Of a stretch of 64,000 nucleotides of DNA, positions 13,164-22,805 are shown in pieces. How positions within the stretch are numbered: position 1 is the first letter of the stretch; each line of letters opens with the position of its first letter. The stretch is from a bacterium (lineage in GTDB: Archaea; Nanobdellota; Nanobdellia; Pacearchaeales; GW2011-AR1), in assembly GCA_036833455.1 (NCBI GenBank), contig DAITPU010000001.1, positions 116,397-180,396 of the forward strand, read 5' to 3'. Under the pieces are notes generated by a model that did not search any database, was not told the origin of the DNA, and saw nothing but the letters and a program-made list of their open reading frames with translations. A program made the translations under genes and the position numbers.

Positions 13164-13630
13164 AAATCTGATTCATAAAAGAAATATTTATATTCTGGAA
13201 ATTCTTTCGTCATGATAATCAAATCGCTTTCTAAACTTGATTTTAAACCCACTTCTGCTCTTACAACTTGCATACAAGAACGCAAAGTATTTTTAGATTT
13301 TTTTCTCTGTTCAATCAAATTATGAATTCCATCGTATAAAATAAAATCTTCTCCAAAAAATTTGGAAAATCCCACTATGTCCACTCTACTCTCTTTATCT
13401 TTACCTGTAGGCAACTTTCCCGCTAAAATTACGCCAGAAAAAGTAGGAAAAGAAATTTCTCCCACTAAAGAATTTTTTCTACGAAGAGATATTAAATACC
13501 CTATCAAATCATGAAATTTTCCAAAAGACTTGGAAGAATCATAATCCCGAACATTTTCTCCAAATCTCTCTCCTTCTTTTAAATCAACCCAGCCTGGATC
13601 TCCATAAATAGCAACATATTCCTTTAACAT
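13160..13630 (-). CDS. hypothetical protein
   Basis: 156-aa ORF. Confidence 0.3.
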   Translation of the reverse strand: MLKEYVAIYGDPGWVDLKEGERFGENVRDYDSSKSFGKFHDLIGYLISLRRKNSLVGEISFPTFSGVILAGKLPTGKDKESRVDIVGFSKFFGEDFILYDGIHNLIEQRKKSKNTLRSCMQVVRAEVGLKSSLESDLIIMTKEFPEYKYFFYESDF

Positions 13631-13713
13631 AAACTTCTTTTTGGTTTATACCCTTAAATAAATTATGGTGATAAAAAAGATAAACTTATAATTCCTTTAA
13701 TCTCCAAATATTT

Positions 13714-14220
13714 ATGGGAAAGATCATAATTGACAAAATAATTAGAATAATTAAAAATAAAAAAAAATTAGAAGAAGAATTAAAAGTAAAAATAATGAAT
13801 AGAGGAAAAGAAGTGAAAATAGAAGGCTCAGCTGAAAATCAATTTATTGCAGAAAAAGTTATAGAAGCTCTTAATTTTGGATTCCCTTATTCTGAAGCAA
13901 TTTCAATAAAAAAAGAAAATAGAATTTTTGAAAAAATAAATATTAAAGAGCACACAAATAAAAAAAATTTTGAGAGAATTAGAGGCAGATTAATTGGTAA
14001 ATCTGGAAAAGTTATTCAAACAATTGCAAATCTAACTGAATCCTCTTTAGAACTTAAAGAAAATCAAATAGGAATTATTACTGATCCAGAAAATTTAGAA
14101 AGAATCACTGGGGCCGTAATTCAAATAATTCAAGGAGCTAAACACGGAAATGTGTATAAGGGATTAGAAAAAAGCCAACCAAAACCAATTTATGATTTAG
14201 GGTTAAAAATTGAAGAATAA
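13714..14220 (+). CDS. KH-domain RNA-binding protein (Dim2/Pno1-like, two KH repeats)
   Basis: IGKSGK GXXG-type KH loop in the second repeat; size typical of archaeal Dim2. Confidence 0.45.
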   Translation: MGKIIIDKIIRIIKNKKKLEEELKVKIMNRGKEVKIEGSAENQFIAEKVIEALNFGFPYSEAISIKKENRIFEKINIKEHTNKKNFERIRGRLIGKSGKVIQTIANLTESSLELKENQIGIITDPENLERITGAVIQIIQGAKHGNVYKGLEKSQPKPIYDLGLKIEE

Positions 14221-14574
14221 TTAACAAAAAGAACTCTTAATTCCTAAATTAATATCTGACATAATCTTTTTAGATCCATAACTAATCCTACAAATCCCGA
14301 ATTCATGCTTTTTCTTCCTAACCTTAGAAACCGAGCTTGAAAAATAAGTTTTTGTAAATTGATCCAAAGGAATATCCAATCTATTTGACCAAAAAAACTT
14401 TGCCCTATCTTCATCTAAGTTTTTCCAAAGATATAATCTACATCTTAACCTTTTTTCATCAATATCAAAATATTTCCTAAGCCATTTTATAAAGTAAACC
14501 AAAATATCTGGATTAGTATTTGTTAGAGCAACAAAATAATCTTTTGTTTTATCTCCCTCTCCCCAATAAAGCAT
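14221..14574 (-). CDS. hypothetical protein (N-terminal LYWGEGDK weakly LAGLIDADG-like)
   Basis: 117-aa ORF lying between the KH gene and tRNA-Asn. Confidence 0.3.
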   Translation of the reverse strand: MLYWGEGDKTKDYFVALTNTNPDILVYFIKWLRKYFDIDEKRLRCRLYLWKNLDEDRAKFFWSNRLDIPLDQFTKTYFSSSVSKVRKKKHEFGICRISYGSKKIMSDINLGIKSSFC

Positions 14575-14681
14575 TAAACCTATTTCTTTTGTTAACTTTA
14601 TATAACGGTAAATACCTCCTAAAATATAAGTTTTTCGATTAACAAAAACTTTTAAAGGAACTATTTCTATGATATTAATAT

Positions 14682-14755
14682 GACCCGGTAGCTCAGTTGG
14701 TTAGAGCGAACGGCTGTTAACCGTTAGGTCGCAGGTTCAAGTCCTGCCCGGGTCG
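14682..14755 (+). tRNA. tRNA-Asn (anticodon GTT)
   Basis: Acceptor GACCCGG/CCGGGTC, anticodon stem AACGG/CCGTT, loop CTGTTAA, T-arm GCAGG/TTCAAGT/CCTGC. Confidence 0.8.
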
Positions 14756-14773
14756 TATCAAAACCCTTAAATT

Positions 14774-15898
14774 ATGTTTATTTCTAATAAAAATATGAAT
14801 CTTTTCAAAAAAAAACCGAAACAAAAGGTCTTACTTGCAATGTCTGGAGGAGTCGATTCGTCTGTAGCTGCGCTACTTTTAAAAAAGAAAAGCTACGATG
14901 TTTACGGAGCATTCATGAAAAATTGGTCCGATACAAAAAACAAAATAACTGGTCAATGTGCATGGGTTGAAGAAAGAGAACACGCTATAAAAATAGCCAC
15001 AAAGCTTGGAATTCCCTTCGTAACTTTAGACTTTGAAAAAGAATACAAAAAATTAGTCATAGATGAAATGTTCAAAAAATACAAAAAAGGAATAACCCCA
15101 AATCCAGATATCGATTGCAATGAAAAAGTTAAATTCCCTTTATTGATAAGAGAAGCAAAAAAAATAGGAATAAACTTAATTGCAACAGGGCATTACGCAA
15201 GAATAAAAAAGAAAAAGGGAAAATACGAATTACACCGAGCAAAAGATGAATCAAAAGATCAATCTTACTTTCTTTACAGACAATCACAAGAAGATTTGAA
15301 ACATACAATTTTCCCCATAGGAAAATTATCCAAAAAGAAAGTTAGAAAAATCGCAAAAAAACACGGATTTCAAAATGCATATAAAAAAGGAACAGTTGGA
15401 ATTTGTTTTGTAGGAAAGATTAATCTTAAAGATTTTTTATCAAAAAAAATAAAGCAGAAAAAAGGAAAAATTTTTGATCCAGAAGGAAATATTATTGGTG
15501 AACACGACGGAATATATTATTATACAATTGGGCAAAGATTAGGACCAAGATATGGATTTGAAATTCAAAGACAAGATCCAAAAACAAAAAGAATGATTCG
15601 TTGGTATGTTGCAAAAAAAGATGTGAAAAAAAACACAATCATTGCAGCTCCCGAAGGACACAAAATTCTTTACAGAAAAAAAATAAAAATAAAAAATTTA
15701 CACTTAATAGATTTAAACAAAAATGAAATTCCAAAAAAAGTTTTAGTTAGAATAAGACAAGTCGGAGAACTAATGCCTGCGAATATGAAAGGGAATGAAG
15801 TGACTCTCAACAAATCAATAAATGGCATTTCAGAAGGTCAAGCAATAGTTTTATACAAAAAAACAAAATGTTTAGGTGGCGGAGTTATTAGCTTTTAA
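14774..15898 (+). CDS. mnmA: tRNA-specific 2-thiouridylase MnmA (bacterial-type)
   Basis: PP-loop SGGVDSSVAA, ATGHYAR, DxxKDQSYFL, conserved Cys pairs. Confidence 0.8.
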   Translation: MFISNKNMNLFKKKPKQKVLLAMSGGVDSSVAALLLKKKSYDVYGAFMKNWSDTKNKITGQCAWVEEREHAIKIATKLGIPFVTLDFEKEYKKLVIDEMFKKYKKGITPNPDIDCNEKVKFPLLIREAKKIGINLIATGHYARIKKKKGKYELHRAKDESKDQSYFLYRQSQEDLKHTIFPIGKLSKKKVRKIAKKHGFQNAYKKGTVGICFVGKINLKDFLSKKIKQKKGKIFDPEGNIIGEHDGIYYYTIGQRLGPRYGFEIQRQDPKTKRMIRWYVAKKDVKKNTIIAAPEGHKILYRKKIKIKNLHLIDLNKNEIPKKVLVRIRQVGELMPANMKGNEVTLNKSINGISEGQAIVLYKKTKCLGGGVISF

Positions 15899-16316
15899 TT
15901 ACAAAATTATTAAAATAAGATTAGATAGATTTATAAATTGCCCAAATGTATATTCCTTAATGAAAAATTTCGCTCCAGACATCTTTAGACAAAGACTGGT
16001 AATCGAAGGTATCTATTCTATTAAGCCTACTCCAAAAATATTAAAAGAATGTATGCAAGAATTATCTCAAAAATTAGGTATGAAAATTATATATGGTCCA
16101 ATAGTTAAAAATATTGCAGAGAAAATTAATCCAAAACACGGGGGGTATGAATGTGTTTTAATATGGGCTGAATCAGGAGCTTCAATTTACACATGGAAGA
16201 GAAACAACTTTTTTAGCATCGACATTTATACTTGTAGACCTTTCAAATCTGAAGATGCGGTTAAATTCATAAAAGAAAAGTTTCAAACTATCGAATTGGA
16301 CTTTAAAGATTTCTAA
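15876..16316 (+). CDS. speH: pyruvoyl-dependent S-adenosylmethionine decarboxylase-like proenzyme (SpeH/SpeD family). True start is probably the internal Met near 15958
   Basis: LIWAESGASIYTWKRNNFFSIDIYTC aligns with the SpeH LLAESHISIHTWPE...VDVFTCG processing/active-site region. Confidence 0.5.
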   Translation: MAELLAFNYKIIKIRLDRFINCPNVYSLMKNFAPDIFRQRLVIEGIYSIKPTPKILKECMQELSQKLGMKIIYGPIVKNIAEKINPKHGGYECVLIWAESGASIYTWKRNNFFSIDIYTCRPFKSEDAVKFIKEKFQTIELDFKDF

Positions 16317-16352
16317 CAAAATTATTAAAAACTCCTTTTTCCTAAAAAAAGA

Positions 16353-16928
16353 ATGGAAACAAGAGTTGCAATACAAACTCGAAGAAGTGTGAGGAGTTTT
16401 AAAAAGAAAAAACCTGACTGGAGGAACATAATTGAAGCTATTCATTCTGCCCAATACGCTCCTATGGCAGGAGGAAATTTTTCACTTCGAATTTTAATTA
16501 TAGATGATTCAACAAAAATAGAAAAAATAGCAGACTTCTCTGAACAAAAATTTATCGAAGAAGCAAAATATTTAGCAATATTTATCTCTGATCCAAAAGT
16601 TACCAAAATACCCTATGGAGAAAGAGGAGAAACATACTTAAAACAACAAGCCGGAGCGGCCATGCAAAACTTCAACTTGCACCTTACAGATATAGGTCTA
16701 TCCACATGCTGGATTGGACATTTTAACGAAGAAGAAATAAAAAGGCTACTAAAAATTCCCAAGGAAATGAATATTGAAGCAATTTTCCCAATAGGATATC
16801 CCAAAGAAAATTTAAAAATAAGACAAAAAAAACCTCCCTATAATTATCTTTACTTTAATGAATGGGAAAACAAAAGAATGAAAAACGAGCCAGATATTCA
16901 GGGTAGAATGACTGGTTTTAAATCCTAA
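16353..16928 (+). CDS. nitroreductase-family flavoprotein
   Basis: N-terminal TRRSVRSF, central QNFNLHLTDIGLSTCWIG. Confidence 0.7.
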   Translation: METRVAIQTRRSVRSFKKKKPDWRNIIEAIHSAQYAPMAGGNFSLRILIIDDSTKIEKIADFSEQKFIEEAKYLAIFISDPKVTKIPYGERGETYLKQQAGAAMQNFNLHLTDIGLSTCWIGHFNEEEIKRLLKIPKEMNIEAIFPIGYPKENLKIRQKKPPYNYLYFNEWENKRMKNEPDIQGRMTGFKS

Positions 16929-16974
16929 ATTAAACTACAATAATCTTTATAAAAAAATAAAGTTCTATTCTTTA

Positions 16975-17205
16975 ATGATTCAAAATTATTTTGAAACATC
17001 TTATTGGAAATCTAATTCAACTGAAGAAGCACATAAAATAATTGAAGAACACAAAAATAGTATCGAAAGAAGAATGGAAACGCAATTTCCCTATCCCCCT
17101 TTAGTTAAAATTGAAGAAATCCAGTCTAAATTAAAACTTTCTAGGTTAGGTTTTTCTAAAAAAATATTAACAACAGCCAAAATTTATATCCCAGAATCAT
17201 TCTAA
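16975..17205 (+). CDS. hypothetical small protein
   Basis: 76-aa ORF only. Confidence 0.2.
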   Translation: MIQNYFETSYWKSNSTEEAHKIIEEHKNSIERRMETQFPYPPLVKIEEIQSKLKLSRLGFSKKILTTAKIYIPESF

Positions 17206-17275
17206 AAAAATTAAGGCCAGAAACCCCCCAGTTCCCGGCCAAATTAAACTATAAAACAAAAGACCATTTATTAAA

Positions 17276-18355
17276 TTAACTCCAAACGTCAATTCCCAAA
17301 TCAGACATTTCTCTTGACCTAGGCATAGTTCTTTCTTCAAATTCTTTTCCCAAAACATAAGGAGATTTAACTCCAGTCATAATTGTAATTACCCTTACTT
17401 TTCCAACGAAATCTTTAGCAATTCTAGCTCCAATTATAACTTGTGCATCGTTACTCAAATTCTCAGAAACAGTTCTACCAATCACATCAAATTCTTCTAA
17501 CTTCAAATCTGGCCCACAAGTTATGTGTATCAAAGCACCAGTAGCACCCTTATAATCCACGTCAAGTAGAGGATGTGTTAGGGCTTGCTTTACTGCTTCA
17601 GTTACACGGTCTTGCGCGTCTGATTCTCCAATACCTATTACTGCAACATCTCCGTTTTTCATAATAGCGGAAACATCAGCATAATCTAGGTTAATTAAAG
17701 AAGGCAATGTAATAGTTTCTACAATACCTTTAACCATTGTACTAACAAGTTCGTTAGCAACAGCAAAAGCTTGTTCAAGAGGAAGTTGACCTGCAATATC
17801 TACTAATCTATTGTTATCAAGAACAATACAAGTATCAGTAGCTTCTCTAAGTTCAGCTAAACCAAATTCAGCTTTATCAATTCTAGCTTTTTCAGATTCA
17901 AATGGCATTGTAACAACACCAATAACAACAGCACCAGTCTCTCTAGCTAATTGAGCAATTACTGGAGCAGCTCCAGTTCCTGTTCCTCCTCCCATCCCAG
18001 CAAGAACGAAAACCATATCAGAACCACTAACAGCTTTCTTTAAATCCACAACTGCTTCTTTAGCAGCCTCTCTACCTTTTGTAGCTTTACCTCCTGCACC
18101 AAGACCCCTAGTCAATTCTTTACCAATAAGAATTTTCTCATCAGCCTTAGTAACACTAAGGTGCAACGCATCTGTATTAGCTGCATAAACTGTAGCACCA
18201 TTAATTCCTTTATTAAAAAGCCAAGTAATCATATTACACCCACAACCTCCAACTCCAACTACCTTAATTGAGGCTTTACCTGCTCTAAGTTCGTCAAAGT
18301 TAATACTATGAGTTTCTGCATTTTGAATAGCTTCTTTCGCAAAATCAAGTACCAT
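17276..18355 (-). CDS. ftsZ: cell division GTPase FtsZ (paralog 2)
   Basis: GVGGCGCN, GAGGKATKGREAA and [15 protein letters not shown] tubulin signature. Confidence 0.9.
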   Translation of the reverse strand: MVLDFAKEAIQNAETHSINFDELRAGKASIKVVGVGGCGCNMITWLFNKGINGATVYAANTDALHLSVTKADEKILIGKELTRGLGAGGKATKGREAAKEAVVDLKKAVSGSDMVFVLAGMGGGTGTGAAPVIAQLARETGAVVIGVVTMPFESEKARIDKAEFGLAELREATDTCIVLDNNRLVDIAGQLPLEQAFAVANELVSTMVKGIVETITLPSLINLDYADVSAIMKNGDVAVIGIGESDAQDRVTEAVKQALTHPLLDVDYKGATGALIHITCGPDLKLEEFDVIGRTVSENLSNDAQVIIGARIAKDFVGKVRVITIMTGVKSPYVLGKEFEERTMPRSREMSDLGIDVWS

Positions 18356-18476
18356 ATTCTCTTTTTTATCCCTCCTTTATAACTATATAAAGTGAGCCTC
18401 TGCTAAGCAAAGTTACACGATTTAATAAAAATAATTCAATTCTCTTTATATAGATTTAGTTGAAAAAGTAAATATT

Positions 18477-19019
18477 TTAGAAGGATTTCTTTAATTTTTC
18501 TATTTTTTGCCAACCTTTTTCTAAATTTTTATTTGCCTTTTTCAAAACTTTTTCTAAGAATTCTTCTGAAACTAAAACTTGACCTTCTTCAATTAAAGGG
18601 AAATCTATTTTCTCCGTTGAATTTATTTCCACAATTATATTTTTCCCCAAGGAGATAATTCCTGAACGTTTAAATCCTGCTTCTTGTGATTTATTTAATA
18701 AATTTTCGGCACTTTTCAAATCCGCACAAGCTACATGAAGTATAACTGGCTCCTGTTTGAATTTGTAATCTCCTTTAATATTTTTTAATTCCAAAAAATC
18801 TTCAACTTTTTCATGGCTAACGAAATGGAAAAGTCCAGGACCTTTTTTATCTTCATCTTTTAATACCATAATCCTTCCCGAACAAGAAGAGGTCGTATAA
18901 TAGTTTTCACGAGAATTTATCTTTTGACAAAGGGAAACTATTTTTTCGTCCCATTTACCAATACTAGATTTATCTTCTTTAGATAAAATGTCTTTTTTTC
19001 TTTGATTGAATGAACCCAT
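18477..19019 (-). CDS. taw3: tRNA wyosine-derivative methyltransferase Taw3/TYW3-like
   Basis: Conserved YYTTSSCSGRI motif of the TYW3 family; about 180 aa. Confidence 0.6.
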   Translation of the reverse strand: MGSFNQRKKDILSKEDKSSIGKWDEKIVSLCQKINSRENYYTTSSCSGRIMVLKDEDKKGPGLFHFVSHEKVEDFLELKNIKGDYKFKQEPVILHVACADLKSAENLLNKSQEAGFKRSGIISLGKNIIVEINSTEKIDFPLIEEGQVLVSEEFLEKVLKKANKNLEKGWQKIEKLKKSF

Positions 19020-19135
19020 AAACAGAAGAAAACAAGAAAGGATTAATAAAATTTACCTCTTGACATTAAAAAATATTCCCTGAAGTATACAAAGATTTAA
19101 AAATATCTATTAGATAATTAATAAGACAAAAAAAC

Positions 19136-20203
19136 ATGGTTCAAGATTTAAATTCAAAATTGGAAGAAGAACCTCCTTCTATTAGAAATTTTAAAAGACT
19201 ATCCATTGGTCTTTCTTTCAATGCTAAAAAGAATAATAGTTCTAAATTTGGAGATAAATATGCCGAATTTGACGACATAAAAACTATCCATTCAATAAAA
19301 TCTGCAATTGAATCTGCAGGACACCAAGTTATTCTTTTAGAAGCAAATAAAACTTTTATTAAAAAGGTAACAAGAAAAAAAATTGATTTAGTTTTTAATA
19401 TAGCAGAGGGTATAGAAGGAAAATCTAGAGAGTCTCATGTTCCATCAATTTTAGAAATGTTACAAATCCCCTACACTGGTTCAGGAGTGCTTACTCAAGC
19501 TTTAACATTAGATAAAAGAAGAACAAAAGAAATTTTAAGTTATCATAAAATTCCCAATGCAAAATTTCAATTAATTGACAAAAACAAATTTATTTTAAAC
19601 AAAAATTTAAAATTCCCTTTAATAGTCAAACCGAATTCAGAGGGATCAAGTAAAGGGATAACAAATAACTCTTTGGTCCAGAATAAAAAAGAATTGAATA
19701 AACAGGTAAAAAAAATTCTTAATGATTATTCTCAAGAAGCTCTAATTGAAGAGTATTTACCTGGAAGAGAATTTACTGTGGGGATGATAGGGAACCAAAA
19801 ACCTAAAGTTTTGCCTATAGTTGAAATAAATTTTAACCATTTACCTCCAGAAATTCATAAATTTGATTCATATGAGGCAAAATGGATTTACGATAATCCA
19901 AACTCTAATGAAGATCCATTGATTTGCCCTGCAAAAATAAATAAAAAACTTAAAAAAGAAATAGAAAATATATGCCTTCAAACATACAAAATATTGGATT
20001 GTTTAGATTTTTGCAGAATTGATTTAAGATTAGACTGTAAAGGAAAACCAAATATTATTGAAGTTAATGCGCTCCCAGGATTGATTCCAGATCCAAAAGA
20101 AAATTCAAGATTCCCCAGATCCTGTTTTACTCAGGGACTAACCTACAACCAAATTATTTTATCTATTTTAGATAGTGCTATAAAGAGGTATAATCTAAAA
20201 TGA
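19136..20203 (+). CDS. D-alanine--D-alanine ligase-family ATP-grasp enzyme (paralog A)
   Basis: N-domain FNIAEGIEGKSRESHVPSILEMLQIPYTGSGVL. ATP-grasp FPLIVKP, EEYLPGREFTVG, CRIDLRLD, IEVNALPG. Confidence 0.7.
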   Translation: MVQDLNSKLEEEPPSIRNFKRLSIGLSFNAKKNNSSKFGDKYAEFDDIKTIHSIKSAIESAGHQVILLEANKTFIKKVTRKKIDLVFNIAEGIEGKSRESHVPSILEMLQIPYTGSGVLTQALTLDKRRTKEILSYHKIPNAKFQLIDKNKFILNKNLKFPLIVKPNSEGSSKGITNNSLVQNKKELNKQVKKILNDYSQEALIEEYLPGREFTVGMIGNQKPKVLPIVEINFNHLPPEIHKFDSYEAKWIYDNPNSNEDPLICPAKINKKLKKEIENICLQTYKILDCLDFCRIDLRLDCKGKPNIIEVNALPGLIPDPKENSRFPRSCFTQGLTYNQIILSILDSAIKRYNLK

Positions 20204-21189
20204 AAATTGGATTAATTCATTGTGAAGGGGATTTTAAAAAATCTTCTCCTTTTGATTATGAAGGAAGGAAAAATATAGGTGATGCAGTGGAAATTGCATT
20301 AAATAACTTAAAAATGAATTATATAAAAATTCCAGCTAACAAAAAAATGTTTAAAAGTTTAGAAAAAAACAGAGTAGATTTAATATTTAATTCAGCCGAC
20401 GAGGGATTTAATATGAACACTCACTTAGAAGCTCAAATTCCTGCTTTTTTAGATATGTTAAATATTCCTTATACTGGATCTAATTATCTTACATTGGGTT
20501 TGTGTAATGATAAAATAAAAACAAAAGAGATACTTAAAGCAAATGGGTTACCTACTCCTAATTTTTTGGTAATAAAGAATAAAATTTCAGAAAATTTTGA
20601 AATTAAAGGAATAAAATTTCCCTTGATAATTAAACCTTCTAAAGAAGATGGAAGTATAGGAATAAAGATTGATTCTGTAGTTAATACAAAAAAAGAGATG
20701 ATAAAAAAAATAAATGAAGTTTTAGAAAAGTATAATCAACCTGTTTTAGTAGAAGAATTTATAGAAGGCAGAGAGATATACATAGGAATTTTAGGCAGAG
20801 ATAAAATAGAAGTTTTGCCCCCTACTGAAATAAAATTTAACCTTCCTAAAGGTTACAAAAATTTTTTGCCCTACGAGGCAAAATGGGAAGAGAATAGTTC
20901 ATACTATAAAGGAACTATTGCAACTTGCCCTGCAAAAATAGAGCAAAAATTATTTTCAAAATTAAAGGATGCTGCGATTAAATCATATAAAATTTTTAAT
21001 GTGAGGGATTATGGAAGGATAGATTTTAGAATTGATAAAAAAGGAAAAATTTTTATTTTAGAAGTGAATCCAAATCCAGATTTATCTAGAGAATCTGGAA
21101 TTGCTTTAATGGCAAAAAGAAGAGGAATGGAATTTGAAGATTTAATTAAAAAAATAATAAGTTATTCTAAACAAGATGAAATCAATTGA
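20200..21189 (+). CDS. D-alanine--D-alanine ligase-family ATP-grasp enzyme (paralog B)
   Basis: FNSADEGFNMNTHLEAQIPAFLDMLNIPYTGS, FPLIIKPS, EEFIEGREIYIG, GRIDFRID, LEVNPNPD. 4-nt overlap with the upstream gene. Confidence 0.75.
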   Translation: MKIGLIHCEGDFKKSSPFDYEGRKNIGDAVEIALNNLKMNYIKIPANKKMFKSLEKNRVDLIFNSADEGFNMNTHLEAQIPAFLDMLNIPYTGSNYLTLGLCNDKIKTKEILKANGLPTPNFLVIKNKISENFEIKGIKFPLIIKPSKEDGSIGIKIDSVVNTKKEMIKKINEVLEKYNQPVLVEEFIEGREIYIGILGRDKIEVLPPTEIKFNLPKGYKNFLPYEAKWEENSSYYKGTIATCPAKIEQKLFSKLKDAAIKSYKIFNVRDYGRIDFRIDKKGKIFILEVNPNPDLSRESGIALMAKRRGMEFEDLIKKIISYSKQDEIN

Positions 21190-21718
21190 AGGAGAAAATT
21201 TAATTTTAAAACAAGTTGAAGAAAAAGATGCTGAATACATTTCTAAATGGTTTTCAGATAAGGAGCAAAATAAATACATGAGTACTTTTGTTAGGACTAG
21301 AGATCATCCTATTGAAAAAATAAGAGAAGAAATTATAAATTCTAATGAAAATTTTGAAAGATTGTTTATGATTTATCTAAAAGGATATTGTAATCCAATA
21401 GGCCATTGCGGTATAGATGATTTAGACTTACACGATAAAAGAGGAGAAATTTTTTTTATAATTGGAGAAAAAGAATTTCAGGGAAAAGGTTACGGAAAAG
21501 AAACTGCAAAACTTCTTTTAAAACTTGGTTTTGAAAAATTAGGATTAAATACCCTTTTTGCAACTGCAACTTTAGAAAATGTATCTTCAATTAAAACATT
21601 AGAAAAAGTTGGATTTAAATATATTGGGATAAGAAGAGAATATAATTTTATAAATGATAAATATTTGGATGAAATTTTATTCGATATAACAAGGAAGGAT
21701 TACGAAAAAAATGAATAA
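21176..21718 (+). CDS. GNAT-family N-acetyltransferase
   Basis: GNAT motif A region IGEKEFQGKGYGKETAKLLLKLGFEKLGLNTLFA; overlaps both neighbours. Confidence 0.65.
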   Translation: MKSIEGENLILKQVEEKDAEYISKWFSDKEQNKYMSTFVRTRDHPIEKIREEIINSNENFERLFMIYLKGYCNPIGHCGIDDLDLHDKRGEIFFIIGEKEFQGKGYGKETAKLLLKLGFEKLGLNTLFATATLENVSSIKTLEKVGFKYIGIRREYNFINDKYLDEILFDITRKDYEKNE

Positions 21719-22805
21719 AAATAATATGAATAACAAGAAAAATAGAGATTTGAATTATTTGCATTTACCAAGAGCTATTTCCGATATAGATTCTCTAAAA
21801 ATTTCATTATCTAAAAAAGATATAGAATTAACAAAAGAAGAAATAGAAAATATAAAAAAAGTTATAGAAAAATATCCAATGAGAATTAATTCTCATTATC
21901 TTTCTCTAATTAAAGAAAAAAATGATCCCATCTGGAACCAATGTATTCCTAAAATTGAAGAAATAGAAGAAACTGGGGGTGAAGAAGATCCCTTAAAAGA
22001 AGAGGGAGAAGTCCCGTTTTTAACTCATAGATATCCAGATCGATGTTTATTAATTGTATCTAACACTTGTGCAATGTATTGCAGATTCTGCACTAGAAAA
22101 AGAAAAGTTGGTGAAGCTATCAAAAATCCTTCAATTGAGGATATAAGAAAAGCAATTAAGTATATAAAAAACCACAAAGAAATAAGGGACGTAATAATTT
22201 CAGGAGGAGATCCTTTCCTTCTAGGAGATAAAACTATTGAAAAAATATTAGTTGAATTAAGACAAATTCCTCACATAGAAATGATTAGAATTGGAACAAG
22301 GGTACCCTGCGTAATGCCTGAAAGAATTACTCATGAATTATGTAGTATTCTAAAAAAATATAATAAACGGCCTATTTTATATCTTAATACTCACTTTGAA
22401 CACCCAAATGAAATAACTGAGCAAGCTAGGCTTGCTTGCGAGAGATTGATTGATTCGGGCATACAATTAGGAAATCAAAGTATAGTCTTAAAAGGGGTTA
22501 ATGATGATCCAAAAATTTTCAAAGAATTGAATCAAAAACTTCTTGCAATTGGGGTAAAGCCATATTATATTTACCAACCAGATTTAGTTAAAGGAACTTC
22601 TCATTTCAGAAATAAGGTGGAAAAAGGCCTTAAAATAATTAAAGGGTTGAGGGGACACACAAGTGGAATGGCCGTACCTCATTTTGTTATAGATTCTCCT
22701 GGAGGAGGTGGAAAAATACCCCTTCTCCCAAAATACTCCACTATAAATAAAGATGGATCAGTTGATATGATTAATTATCAAGGAAAGAAGTTTAAGTATT
22801 TTTGA
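21711..22805 (+). CDS. kamA: lysine 2,3-aminomutase (KamA/AblA/EpmB family radical SAM)
   Basis: CAMYCRFCTRKRK (CxxxCxxC), ISGGDPF, PYYIYQPDLVKGTSHFR, typical KamA length. Confidence 0.8.
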   Translation: MNKNNMNNKKNRDLNYLHLPRAISDIDSLKISLSKKDIELTKEEIENIKKVIEKYPMRINSHYLSLIKEKNDPIWNQCIPKIEEIEETGGEEDPLKEEGEVPFLTHRYPDRCLLIVSNTCAMYCRFCTRKRKVGEAIKNPSIEDIRKAIKYIKNHKEIRDVIISGGDPFLLGDKTIEKILVELRQIPHIEMIRIGTRVPCVMPERITHELCSILKKYNKRPILYLNTHFEHPNEITEQARLACERLIDSGIQLGNQSIVLKGVNDDPKIFKELNQKLLAIGVKPYYIYQPDLVKGTSHFRNKVEKGLKIIKGLRGHTSGMAVPHFVIDSPGGGGKIPLLPKYSTINKDGSVDMINYQGKKFKYF

